A stretch of 64,000 nt of DNA from Chrysemys picta bellii (lineage: Eukaryota): positions 37,634,001 to 37,698,000 of the forward strand of contig NC_088804.1 in the NCBI RefSeq assembly GCF_011386835.1, read 5' to 3'. The position numbers and the translations under genes are program-made. Shown here piece after piece: positions 13,361-26,641 of this stretch (its first letter is position 1; the number at the start of each line of letters is the position of its first letter). Below the pieces are notes generated by a model. The model saw only the letters and a list, made by a program, of their open reading frames with translations. It made no database searches and was not told the origin of the DNA.

Positions 13361-13420
13361 CCACCTTAATCAATTAGTTTCATTAGAGTTGGTATGGCAA
13401 CACCCATTTTTCATGTTCTC

Positions 13421-13459
<39 letters not shown>

Positions 13460-13570
13460 TTAATGTATTTTCCACTGCATGCATCTGTTGAAGTGGGCTT
13501 TAGCCCACGAAAGCTTATGCTCAAATAAATGTGTTAGTCTCTAAGGTGCCACAAGTGCTCCTCATTCTTT
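13361..13570 (+). mobile_element. Penelope pLTR fragment with (TA)n tract and mutated hammerhead core (CUGUUGA, 13481-13520)
   Basis: Similar to 9310-9505; (TA)n at about 13428-13457. Confidence 0.8.
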
Positions 13571-14572
13571 GTGTTAAAACTGAGAGCTATCACTTTAAAT
13601 TATTTGGGGGTCGGGTCTCTCTAGGGAAGCATGCAATCAGAGCCAGTTTTTCACACAGACAGCCTAGAGAAAGGTAGAGTGAGTTGTGCCTCGCTGTTTC
13701 AGAGAGCAGTCTGCTTTCTCTCTCTCTGTTTTTATTCTAAGAAATAAAGTAGTGTTACAGTGCAACCTTCCAGCAAGAGTGTTTTTGTCTAACTTCTCCG
13801 TTTGCATGCTGTAAAAAAAAAAACCACCATTGACTCGGATGGCCAATGGGGGATATTTTGGGACAGAATTGCTATGACCCATCAGACCTTCTATTTGTAA
13901 CAGGTACTAACTTTATTATTATTTGTAATACCATAGCACCTGCTAATCTAATGGAACTGAGCTGCCTCTTTTCTGACATACATGGCACTTCGTTTTGCAT
14001 TTCAATACCTCCTGTTGTAGGCTCAATAGATGTGATATGCAGCAAATATAATCAGACATGAAGGAAAAACTCAGAACTGTAAGGAAGGTTTTTGTTGTTG
14101 TTTGCAGCTGATGCTTTCATTATCAAAAGATCTACCAGCTAGTCAAATTAACCACAGATTTACATACAATTAAATTATTCCACCTGTGAATAATATAAAA
14201 AATCATCCAGTGTGTATGTGGAATTTTTGTCTTTGTTTTTGGTAAGTAACTGAGAAAACGCAAAATTGAAAACTCCCATGTGCCAACATTAGAAGTGGAA
14301 ATACTGCTCAAATTTTGCAGAGCAACATGACCCTGGACCCACGAGAACTTCTCTACCATGCCCTATGAATGAACTAATGCATCACAACCAATAATTTGGG
14401 ATACAGCGTATACAAAGGATGATGTTCATAAACATAAAAGGTTGAAATTTTCATTGCAGGATGGGAAAATTTAGACACATCTTCCATTAATTTTAATGGA
14501 AAATTTGTGTCCAAGCCCCCAGACCTGATATGCTCATCCTGAGAAGTTTTGTTAAATCCATATTGTTAAATG

Positions 14573-15207
14573 GAACAGGAGTACTTGTGGCACCTTAGAG
14601 ACTAATAAATTTATTTGAGCATAAGCTTTCGTGGGCTACATCCCACTTCTTCGGATGCATAGAATGAAACATATATTGAGGAGATATATATACACACACA
14701 TACAGAGAGCATGAACAGGTGGGAGTTGTCTTACCAACTCTGAGAGGCCAATTAAGTAAGAGAAAAAAAACTTTTGAAGTGATAATCAAGATAGCCCAGT
14801 ACAGACAGGTAGACACGAAGTGTGAGAGTACTTACATGGGGAGATAGATTCAATGTTTGTAATGGCTCAGCCATTCCCAGTCTTTATTCAAACCTAAATT
14901 GATTGTGTCTAATTTGCATATCAATTCGAGTTCAGCAATTTCTCGTTGGAGTCTGTTTTTGAAGCTTTTCTGTTGTAAAATAGCCACCCGCAGGTCTGTC
15001 ATTGAATGACCAGACAGGTTAAAGTGTTCTCTCACTGGTTTTTGAGTATTATGATTCCTGATGTCAGATTTGTGTCCATTAATTCTTTTGCGTAGAGACT
15101 GTCCGGTTTGGCCAATGTACGTGGCAGAGGGGCATTGCTGGCACATGATGGCATATATCACATTGGTAGATGTGCAGGTGAACGAGCCCCTGATGTTATG
15201 GCTGATC
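14573..15207 (-). mobile_element. Penelope-like element (Neptune clade), 5'-truncated: GIY-YIG endonuclease domain plus pLTR
   Basis: Open frame about 15207-14850: NVIYAIMCQQCPSATYIGQTG...GHKSD...EHFNL...LDTINLGLNKDWEW. GIY-YIG with CxxC in the linker; hammerhead motif (CCGAAGA) at 14619-14658 minus. Confidence 0.92.
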
Positions 15208-15642
15208 AGGTCCTGACTAGATAGGAGGAGGTTTGAGGATGGTTCCAATATAGAAAAGAGGGGCACAGTATAGAAAAGATTGAGAACCACTGTTTTGAAA
15301 AACTCAACCAAAATCTCTCCATTAGTACCAGGGTCTACCAGATAACACACTCCCATTCCATCTATGGCTACAGTCACTGACTAGTCCATCAGGATGACAC
15401 TACTGGAAGCACAGAGATTTGACTAAACCAACCATTATATGTGAATCTGAGTGAAAAACAAACTAATCCTGTTAGGCAACTGGGTTGTTGAGTGTAGCAC
15501 TGGCAGTCCACTGTGATTACAGACCAAACAGACATGGGGAAAGAAGCCTTTTGTTTGCTTGGTTAAGGATCTTCTTCATAAAATCAGGTTCATTGGGACC
15601 CCTTGCTCTAGGCTTTTATATAAATTAGGGTTAGGTTAGAGA

Positions 15643-15799
15643 CAGTGATTAATTTCTGCCAGGGCTTGCCAGGACTGAGCCCTGGCACCTCTAGGCTTGG
15701 GCAGTTCATAGCCGCAGTACCTCTGGGCTTGCCACATCAGTTATGAAATTTTTAAAATTGCTTGAGCCCCGGCACCTCTTTCATTACAAATTAACCCTA
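15643..15799. mobile_element. hAT-like MITE remnant
   Basis: cagtgattaattt ... aaattaaccct imperfect TIR; repeated ccc(c/t)ggcacctct; no TSD found. Confidence 0.45.
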
Positions 15800-16042
15800 A
15801 TTTAGGGACTGTAATTGAAAGTCGTATTTTCTACCTCACCTTGTAAAAACTTCAGGCATGTAGTTCAACCCTTCAAAGGTGAATCTTCAGCAGATTTGCA
15901 GTTTAGACTGTGATAAACATGGAAAATTTCAGAATCTTATTTTAACTTTAAACCAGTTAGCAATACTTCCTAGCTCAGTGTACTGACGCACAGTGGCCTC
16001 TCTCCGGACTGGAGAGCGAGTGACCACTACACTCCCCTTCGT

Positions 16043-16107
16043 GGGCGGAGCCAAACCCACCACACCCCATTGCCGGAAGTACCAGGGCGGGGCAGGAAAT
16101 ATAAAAG
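16043..16107 (+). promoter_or_regulatory. LTR U3-type Pol II promoter (GC boxes plus TATA)
   Basis: gggcggag 16043-16050, gggcggggc 16085-16093, tataaaag 16100-16107. Confidence 0.55.
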
Positions 16108-16240
16108 GAAGGCTCTGCAGCTCAGTTGGGCTGGAGCCAGCGGAGGAGATGGATGCCTCTGCCCTGCTGCGGCACCAGGGAGCTGAACCTGGCTTGGCCA
16201 CACCCTGCCCCTGGAGGAGACAGACTCAGACAAGGAGGTT

Positions 16241-17162
<922 letters not shown>

Positions 17163-17399
17163 CTAGGGAGGTAGGAAGTAGCCCAGGACTAGCCGGCTAT
17201 AGGGTTGATCACTTCTTGGTTGACGTGTTGAGGCTGGATTCCCACCGACCCAGTGGCAGACCACACTGCCACTGTTAGGGCCTTGGGCTGGGATGTGATA
17301 TTGTTGGGCAGGCGCGCATCCCCCTGCCACTCCAACCACAGGGTGGCCAACTCCCCTCTTTAGGCCAGGAGGCCTGTGTGCCTTGACCACCCCTGCCAG

Positions 17400-17556
17400 T
17401 GTAACGCTGACAGACCCCAATCGTCAGCAGGCAGGATTGAACCTGGACCTCGGGAGCTCTCTACCGCATGAGCGAAAAGCCAACTGGCTGTTAGCTAAGG
17501 CTGTAGAGCAATCAATCTCTCTCTCTCTCTCTCTCAGAGGAGGTGTGTGGGTTACA
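17400..17556 (-). mobile_element. 157-bp solo mini-LTR containing a tRNA-like Pol III promoter (Helenus-like TRIM LTR)
   Basis: TGTAAC...GTTACA termini; 4-bp TSD ccag (17396-17399 / 17557-17560); minus-strand B box ggttcaatcc 17434-17443 and A-box-like tcgctcatgcggtag 17461-17475. Confidence 0.75.
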
Positions 17557-17640
17557 CCAGCACCCTAGACTGCCCATTGGGTGCTCAACCCCTCTGGAGC
17601 CCCTAGACTGTGTGGGTGCTCATCCCTATCTGAACCCTGA

Positions 17641-17900
17641 GACTGTGTATGTTTGCTGGCTGCCTTTGCTTACCAGCCGAGGCTAAGCCTGCTCCCTGCT
17701 CTATCCCGCCCCAAGGGCTAGAGCTTATTGACTGTATATGTTTGCTGGCTGCCTGAGCCCCCAAGCTCAGACTAAAGCCTGCTCCCTGCTCTGCCATGCC
17801 CAAAGGGCTAGATCTTATTGACTCAGTGAGTTTGCTGACTGCTTGGGCCTGGAGACTTAGACTACAGCCTGCTACCAGCCAGGCCCCACCCCATGGGCTG
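17641..17900. repeat. Tandem ~90-bp repeat (about 3 copies) inside the LTR element
   Basis: Units start at 17641, 17730 and 17820 (gact...tttgctg...agcctgct). Confidence 0.8.
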
Positions 17901-18217
17901 GAGCCCCAGACGCTTAATTGGTGTCAGCTCCTGCTTAGGGGCTGTGAGCTAAAGACTATGTCAGGCCCTGCCCCACCCAAGGGTGGGGACAGGAGCCCCA
18001 GACTATTGTGCGTTTGCCTCTATCAGGCTGGCCGAAAACCATAAACTGCGTACGGCTCTGCCCTGCCGGTGCGGCCCGAACCCGAAGACTGCCACCCCCG
18101 TACGACGCAGAGTGGCCTCCCTCCAGACTGGAGAGCGAGGGACCACTACACTCAGCAAAATAGGATTGGAGTTTTACCAGAAGAACCTTCATTTCCTGCA
18201 TGGAACCCAGAGAGTAA

Positions 18218-18832
18218 ATAGACTCATAGACTCATAGACTTTAAGGTCAGAAGGGACCATTATGATCATCTAGTCTGACCTCCCGCATGATGCAGGCCAC
18301 AAAGCCGTCCCAACCCTTTCCCTTGACTCTGCTGTTGAAGTCTCCAAATCCTGTGGTTTAGAGACTTCAAGTAGCAGAGAATCCTCCAGCTAGCGACCCC
18401 TGCCCCATGCTGCAGAGGAAGGCGAAAAACCTCCAGGGCCTCTGCCAATCTACCCTGGAGGAAAACTCCTTCCCGACCCCAAATATGGTGATCAGTAGAA
18501 CCCCGAGCATGTAGGCAAGATTCTCCAGCCAGACCCTCATTGGCCATTGATACTATTTACCAGCGATGGCACACTGTTCATTTGACTAAAATCATGTTAT
18601 CCCATTAAACCATTCCCTCCATAAACTTATTTAGCTTAATCTTAAAACCAGACAGGTCCTTCGCCCCCACTGTTTCCCTCGGAAGGCTGTTCCAATATTT
18701 CACCCCTCTGACGGTCAGAAACCTTTGTCTAATTTCAAGCCTAAACTTCCCCACGGCCAGTTTATATCCATTCGTTCTCGTGTCCACATTAGTACTGAGC
18801 TGAAATAATTCCTCTCCCTCCCTGGTATTTAT
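18218..18832 (-). mobile_element. CR1 LINE 3' end (ORF2 C-terminus plus 3' UTR)
   Basis: (atagactc)n tail; ORF DTRTNGYKLAVGKFRLEIRQRFLTVRGVKYWNSLPRE is a typical CR1 ORF2 C-terminus. Confidence 0.92.
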
Positions 18833-20419
18833 TGAGAGAAAAACTGTGAAATTATGAAGAAAAAAAAAGCTAATTTTTAAGAAGCAAAATAGAAGGTTAA
18901 TTTTAGGCTTGGTGTTAGTTTTTGGTGAAAGTTCCTGGGTACTGAACTATTTCACTCATCCCTACTAAAACAGGTTACATCTGTTAAGTCAGTAAACATG
19001 GGGCTACTGTAAATGTAAAAACCCAAAGAAACATTCTGCAGAAGGTTTGAAAAGATTTCTCATTATTTAGCATTGACTTGAAATTGAAAGCTTGTTTTCA
19101 TTCCATCTTGCAACACAACACAAAAGAGTTCCTAAATCCTTGCCACTTCGCACCTACAGTTTCCATTATATTTTAAGTTCTTTCTTGAAACCAAGCAGGA
19201 GGTGGTGGCTGTTTCAAAACACTGGCCAAACAGCTTAACTTCTGTGACTGGCAGCCCATCTGGAAGGGAAGAATTTCAGTCTTGAATAATGAAAGTGAGA
19301 CGTATGGTGGAGGTGGAGTGAAATACATTCCCTGTCATAGTTTGTCACCCAGCGCCGTTAGAGTTCCAAGCAGTTGAATTTGTTTGGACCTGCAGTTGAG
19401 TGATTTGCCCTTTTCTCTGAGGTAAAGAGATATTTGTAGTGGCATGAAGTGAGCTGGGAACATTTCTTGTAAGATTGCCCAGAGGAAACAGCACCACGCA
19501 CAACTGGCTTTTTGTGTAGAAGAATATGTTAAAAGAAAAATTGAGTCCATGTAGTCTAAAAGTATTTAAAAAAAACATATATTTCAATCCTTGTTTAAGC
19601 TGCTGAAAAGTTTCTCTGTGGTGCTAACTGATCTAAGTTATGTCTGCAAAGAGTATCTCATCATTTCTCAGACAACAGAAGGAATTTGTGGCTGACCTCC
19701 TGAGGGGAATGGTCAGCTTTCTCCATCTTTCCACTGTATGCTGATGCTTGGGCTTAATTTATGCTGCTCAGTTGAAAACAGAAAGCTCAGTTCCAAAGTT
19801 GGCCTGGGGAAAATAATACACCATGGGAAAAGGATTCACTCATGGAATCTTTTTTTTTAGATGCACTAAAGTTTTACACAGACTGAGTCTCCATATTTGT
19901 TCCCGCCTGTTTATCACCTCATTGTGAAATAATTTTGAGTGCATTCCCCAGACAGAAAAATGAAAACCTTCTGTCTTGTTACTGTTAACTGTTTGCAAAG
20001 GGGGGTTTACAAGCGTCCTGGCCACCTACATCAGGTCAGAAGTTCCACCTCTATTTGAACCACTCTGGTGTGTTTGCTTTCAAAATATCATAGGGGATAC
20101 ATAATTTCATGAAAAAAGTCATAGATGCCTTTCAGTCAAATTTGGATGCCTAGCTCCTTAAGACATTTGAATATCTCAGCCACTACTCAGTAATATATTT
20201 ATTCACAGAACTGTTTAAAAAAAGAGAAAGAGAAACTCACATATTTGCAAATAAATGATTACTTATATGTATATTTTAATTTACTTTAGCTTACCAAAGC
20301 AACATACCAAAAGGAACCATTTCATATGCATATGGCCTAGTGAATATCAAACCAGCAAAGATGCCCAAATATCACCTTGTTCAGGAGACAAAGGCTGCTG
20401 CTGAGTCGATTATATATAG

Positions 20420-20600
20420 AAGGCTTGATCGCTCAGGGGGTTGGTAATGGGGTGTGGGCTGCAAGTTCAAATCCTGGTCAGATCTGTAGCAGATAAAAGT
20501 TGTTACTGTCAGAAAATGCTTAATGCCCCATGGGAAACAAGTTGTTGGGTCTTCTTAGGCCATTTCCCATGGGGCTGTGGGCCCTCATCATGGAACAGAT
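20420..20600 (+). mobile_element. Possible LF-SINE remnant
   Basis: gttcaaatcctggtcagatctgtagcagataaaagttgttac...gggaaacaagttgttgggtct resembles the LF-SINE 5' half as I remember the consensus. Confidence 0.45.
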
Positions 20601-20639
20601 TAATCTGACACTGCTCATCCTGGCCCTGGTCTGTGGGAA

Positions 20640-20850
20640 GGAAGGATGGTCCAGTTATTTGGTCACTAGCCTAGGTTGGCTGAAGACCCATGTATAAGTC
20701 CCTGCTCTGCCACAGACTGCCTGTGTGCCTGGACAAGCAACTTAGCCTGATTTTCCTACTTGTAAAATGGGAATAATAGTACTTCTGTATCTCACAGGCA
20801 ATGAGGCACTTAGATACTACAGAGCTGGGGCCATATAAATACATAGAGTA
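20640..20850 (+). mobile_element. MIR-like CORE-SINE remnant
   Basis: ccctgctctgccacagactgcctgtg...cttgtaaaatgggaataata core. Confidence 0.6.
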
Positions 20851-21803
20851 CTAGGCAGAAAACTCTTGAAGTCAGTTTGACACCTTCCAACAGTACCAAG
20901 TGTCCTTTCCCCTAGAATAGGAAGAAAAGCCAATACAGCTTACTGCTCTAGTAAGACGAACAAAACTTGAGAGCCCCTCTTACATGTTGCAGTTTTATAA
21001 GAAAAAAATGCGTATAGATGCATACTGAATGACTTTAATATCCATCTGGAAAAGGTCTGATGAGATTCCAAGAAGTGCTGGAGTACTTAACCTCTTGGAT
21101 AATATTTAAATAACATATCCAGTCTCTAGAGGCTGCCATCTAGAGGTTGATGACCTGAATTGCAGAAGTGCTGAGAACCCTGGCCTTCAAGCATGTCTAA
21201 AATCAAGCCCTAAACTTTGATATCTTAAGAATTAGCCTCACAAATCCCACAAACAGTCAGTGCCCGATCAAATGCAAACACATTGAGCACGCAGCTAATA
21301 CCCAAGAATAAAGGCTAAGGTTTCTGTGTCAATGGACTGTATATTTCCCTGATACTAATGTTACTCATTTCATTGATGGTTGCAAGGATTTTGAGGTGGG
21401 TGGGTTTTTTTAAAAAGAAAGTATAGCAGAGATTCTGCCGTTGTGCCTGGGCTCTTGCAATGTTTCTGACAAGTCTCCATCTCATGCTTATTATTCACCT
21501 TTGCAGTATAGTTTTTATTCTTGTAATCAGGCTTAAATGAGGACCTTTGAGAGGTGTATTTCCTGAGCAAAGCAGTGGCTTGTAAACCGGGAGTGAAGAA
21601 CATGCACTCCCACTTTGCTTCCTGCATAAAATAAAACTTAGGCAGCCATGGCACATGTAAAGTCAATTTAAATTAAATTTAAAATGGTAACTATCCCTAT
21701 AAAATCCCCTGGTATCGTATTACTTTTTCCACAAAGGACCACACAGTGATGGAATGCTTGCTTTCAGCAAATCACACCTCTCCCCATCTTTGAATCGTAA
21801 CAA

Positions 21804-21963
21804 ACATAAGAACGGCCGTACTCAGTCAGACCAAAGGTCCATCCAGCCCAGTATCCTGTCTACTGACAGTGGCCAATGCCAGGTGCCCCAGAGGGAGTGA
21901 ACCTAACAGGTAATGATCGAGTGATCTCTCTCCTGCCATCCATCTCCACCCTCTGACAAACAG
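21804..21963 (-). mobile_element. CR1 LINE 3' fragment
   Basis: acataagaacggccgtactcagtcagaccaaaggtccatccagcccag, reverse CR1 3' end. Confidence 0.8.
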
Positions 21964-21984
21964 TTATAAGTTGCTTAAATTTAA

Positions 21985-22720
21985 ATAGCTTTCTTTAGAG
22001 CCAGTGGGTTCAGACTGTTCCACAATTTTGTACCACCAGGACATTTGAATGATAATAGTTCTGTATTATCTACCAGCAGCTTTTGACAGTGTGGATCATG
22101 AACTGCTGCTGACTCACGAAAGAGACGTGGCAGGCTTCGGCAGCCTGTCTTTGCTCCCACCTTCTTGGACAGATCTGAGAACATTGTGATGTAATGGGCA
22201 GCTGCTCCTCTTGCCTGAGAGCCCCCAGGGTTCCCACAAAGATCAAGCCTTTGGTCAGCTTACAGACAAGAGTGTGAGGCATAGTGTGGACTTCACTGCC
22301 ATCAATACGACACCTCGCTCTACTTCCCCTTCTCACTGAATGCAGACTAAGCCATCACCCAACTTTTCCACTGTCTTGGAGGTATCACTGGATGAAAAGC
22401 AGCTGGCTGAAGTTCAGTGCAGGCAAAAGAGAGTTGGTGCCGGTGGAAAGAGAAAAACATTTCAAAGCACTGGTCAAAGACATCACCTCACCCTGCTGCG
22501 TTGAATGTGCTGTCCTCCCAGTTGTCAAGACAGAGTGCTGTCTCCATGTGCTGTGGGATTCATCACTGCTCCTGGACACCCAACTAACAGCAGTAGTTCC
22601 ACTCTTTGACTGCATGCCTTTCTTTTGCATATTCCTATGAGCCTAATGCTTCTTACCTCCAGTCTTCCTTACTGCTGTGAGCTCCGTCTGGACATGGGGG
22701 CTCAGTCCATGAGGGAAACT
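21985..22720 (+). mobile_element. Degenerate L2/CR1-clade reverse transcriptase remnant
   Basis: Frame fragments LPAAFDSVDHELLL, PPGFPQRS and LHCHQY.DTSLY follow the RT motif order DLSAAFDTVDH...GVPQGS...YADDTQLY. Confidence 0.65.
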
Positions 22721-24233
22721 CTAGATATCATAACACAAGGCAACTCTAGGAGGCCCATCTTCTAGGTAAGACAGACCAGCAAGAGTACATCCCTTCATTG
22801 ATCCGTGCTCAGCACTGACTCTTTGTCCAACATTAGATCTGTTTCAAAGTCCAGATCCTAATTTTCACAAATCTGGGCCAGGTTTCATTATCTCAGGACC
22901 GATCTCTGTGACTCACTGTGGCACTTGCAATCTACAAGAACTTGCGGCTGATGGAAGCTGAATCAATCATGTGCCTTTCGCTATGGAATTACATCTGTAT
23001 GCAGAGTATATGTATGTTAGATACACAAACTGTGAAGAAAGGGAAAGCTGGGGACCAGGACCTTCAGGGAGAATTTTGTCTATGTAATTTTCCTGCCATT
23101 TCAGTTAGAGGTGCACTAAGAATGCATAGAGGTTGCACATGAGATACTGTGCCTATGTGCATTGTTTAACAACAGCAGGTTGGCATCTGTATCTTAAATA
23201 TATACTATTTTCACACATCTAGTGTATTTAACAATAAAAAAGAACTGGTGCAGTTTATGACTGGGCCTCATGCTGCGTCCAATTAAACCTACTGTTTCCA
23301 ATCAGGTTTAATGTGAGGATAAAGTGAATGCTCCCTGAGATTTGAGAGGAGGATAATTTGTCAGTAATAATAAGTGTAGACAAACAGGATGTTCTACAGT
23401 GCAGGGGCCTGATTAGAACCAAATGTGCTTCAAGGGATCATCTCTAAACTCTTGACTGCAAATGGATTTATCATTATTTGCAATTTGCTGAATTTCTTTT
23501 GCAGTCATTTGCAACCTTTGCAATTATTCCCAACTCATGTGGAAAAATAGTAGCCAGGCCACTGGGTCACTCTGAGCCATCTCTGTGCTTTTTTTCCAGC
23601 ATGATTCAGCTTTATAACCTGTCAATGCAAGGACATCCTAACAGGAAAGGGAAGAAGTCTTGGATTTTCAGCCTGGCCCTATCCCACTTCCTGACAAGAC
23701 CCCGTCTAGCTGCACTTAACGTTGGCATAAAGTACATTTCCTAATCAAAATGGAGTTTCCTCCAAAAGGTGAATTCTTTCTTGATGAACTTTACCATGGA
23801 AACAAAATTGTCAGTCATCATATCATGATCCAAAAAGTCCCTTCAGGTTTGGGAGAGCTGATCAAGAAGAAATGAGGAAGGTTTCAGACAATCCCAGCTG
23901 TCAGGTTTTAAATTAGACCAAAGCTCAGTCTAATAACCTCTCTTTCCTTTGGGGATGGAGAGGGTGACTTTCTTGCTTCTTGGCCAGACTGGAAATGCAG
24001 TAACTCAATGCTCGTTACTTAAGTTATAGTCCCTGAGAAATCAGTGGTTACCTGTTGCTAAAGGACTGCTTGTGTTCATTAGAGAAGAACCAGCCTGAGG
24101 TCTATGAGCAGAATCGTTAACATACTAGCAAACCACTAATTAACTTAACACAGAAGAAAAAGCCCATTTCAAGGCAAAATGTGTCTCTAATTCACCATCA
24201 TTCAGTGTTTACAGCAGTACAATGGATTGTGTG

Positions 24234-24649
24234 TAGGCTTCGCAGAATTTGATTTTTTTAAAAATAAGTTGACAGATATGATTGATGTTTATTTTTAAGC
24301 TTTTTTTTTTTTTCAAATTTTCTCAGTTTAAATTTTCAGAGTTGTGGGAAATTATGGGGAGGGGGGTCAACAATAATTATTTAATATCTGTAGATGTTAA
24401 GATTGAAAAAGTTAAAGCTTCTATAATCATTAAACACAAATTGTCGCCATCACATGTCAAAATATATAAGGTAAATATCCTTAAATCAAACTCTAATAAA
24501 TTCTCAAGCAGCATTTTTTCTCACTTTGCCTGTCCATACATTTAGATGATTATCAGTGGAAATATTTTGTTGTCTGTTTGTGTGTGTGGGTGAGGTGAAA
24601 TCAACATTTACCGACATTTACTGTTAAAAATCGAATCCTTTCAAACCTG
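24234..24649. mobile_element. Non-autonomous DNA transposon remnant
   Basis: Imperfect ~24-bp TIR taggcttcgcagaatttgattttt / aaaaatcgaatcctttcaaacctg; no TSD. Confidence 0.55.
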
Positions 24650-25308
24650 TGGTGAGAGTAGCTGAACGGGGCTCTAACTTTGGGGAACATTTCTGTAAAT
24701 CTACATGAAATTTGGAATAAGCATAGTGCAGTTCACTAGCCCAAGTGCAAATCTGTATTCTGTATTGCCAACATCTCCCTGTAGTTCTGGGATTACGTTT
24801 CCTCAAGAGGTGTGCCTTCTGTCTGCTGCCTTTGAAGTTCTGCGACCTCACAGCGAGCAGAAAGCATGCTGGGACACCTCTTTCAAACACGTGTTCCCAA
24901 TCTCATTCCTTTTTTTTTTTTTTTTTTTGGTCAAAGATGGCCTTGACCTAATGGGAATCTTGTATGCTTTTGAATCAGCACCTGAGCCAGCCCCCCGAAT
25001 GATCCAAGGTGTACTCTTTCTTCCACACATCCTGGTGTCAATAGGTAAGACCTATATTATCTAGAGTGGAAGTCACAAAGGAGGCCACAACCCTCCTTGG
25101 AAGGTCACCATAAAAGTGTGCTGATCTTCGGGCATGCATGGTACCTTGAGCAATAATACCCTGTTTCCAAAGCTTGTTTTACATCCTTCCATACCATTCT
25201 TAAGTCACTATTTAGATGTCATCTTTTATTCATTTTAAAGTCTTAAACAGTCTTAAACAGAGAACCAGAATCCTAACTTAAATGGGACACTGTCACAAAC
25301 TCACTGCT

Positions 25309-25873
25309 TGTGGTGTGGCAGCTGCTCCACACAGGGAGAAGAAGGGGTTAAAAGCAGCACGAGAGAGGCTGCGCAGAACCCACTAATCAGGAAAGGGTTT
25401 ATTGAGCCCACCAATAGGGGGAAGGCTTGCTGGAGCAGCCAATAAGGGCCAGCTAGGGCCATATATAAAGGGCTGCTCAGCAGAGCAGAAGGGAGTCTCT
25501 CCCTGGAAGGCAAGGGAGGAGGACTGGCTGCCTGAAGAAGTGCCATAGATAGAGCAGTATTGGGCAGGGGCAGCAGAGTGTGAGGGTTAGGAGAGTGGCT
25601 AGTATCCAGACTGCAGTTTGCCCCTGAGGTGAGGGGCTGGACCTTGGACTGCAGTTGGCTGCTGAGGCAAGTGGCGGAACTAAGGAATCACAGCTGGAGG
25701 ACTGTGCCCAGAAGAGGACACTGCGGTCTGGGGAGCGACGCAGGTCCAAAGAGCGGAGACAGCAGTGACGGCAGGCTTGACACCACTAGCTGAATGCGGA
25801 CTGGAAGGGCCGAGAGCTAATTCCCAGGACGGCCACCAGGAGGTGCCACGGTGGTGAGTCCCGCTTTGTCACG
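25309..25873 (+). mobile_element. Solo LTR (565 bp)
   Basis: TG...CG(CA) termini; 5-bp TSD ctgct (25304-25308 / 25874-25878); ccaat and tatataaa promoter words at about 25439-25478. Confidence 0.8.
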
Positions 25874-26641
25874 CTGCTGCCACTTCCATACTGCAACTTC
25901 CAACCTTGGGCTAGCTAAGCATTTTGAGAGGGTCCCTTAGGTTTTAGCTGCTAGGTAACTTCAGCCAGGGCCTGGTAGGGAGGCTCGCGAAGGAGGGTGG
26001 GCTGCTTAAGTCTTGCCTCCTTTCTTCACCAGCCCAGCAGGTTAAAGAGAATGTGATGGAGGGGACTGGGCTATTGGGTATTGGCTGCTGTTCCATATGG
26101 ACTAGCCTGAGCTGGCTCTCGGCAGGACTCCAACAGCACAACTGCAATAAAACTGGAATTTGGTCCATCACGTGGGCCCGGGGGTAAAATGAAGGCCATG
26201 TGCATGTGGAGTAAACAAATGTTGTCAGTCCTGGGGAACATGTCCTCCACATACAAGGCAGGTACCATGGACAGAGTATTACAAATACCATGTGTGGCTG
26301 AGAGACAAATTACTTGTTTATCAGCAGGTCCTGAATCAGCCAGCCCGATCTGAGCACCTCCAAACTCTGGACAAATTCATATTCAAGTCTTGATCTGAAT
26401 CTTCTGGCGCAAACCCATCTCTAATTGACCTAGAGCTGCGGGACAGCAAGATCCTCTTGGAAAGACATCCATTTGCTTTCCATCATTGCACTGCCATGGA
26501 ACTGAATTATCGCTACTATTCTGGGTATATACAGTAGTTAGTGAAATTTGGTGCTCTATGCACGTGTGGAAATCAATGACTAAGCTGTTGCTGCTTTTTA
26601 AGACTTTTATTTGACTATCAATACATTTGTTTCATCTAGAC

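Noticed and set aside
15625-15806. ttaggg / ccctaa words flanking a MITE
   Set aside because: Only one or two units each; not an interstitial telomeric array
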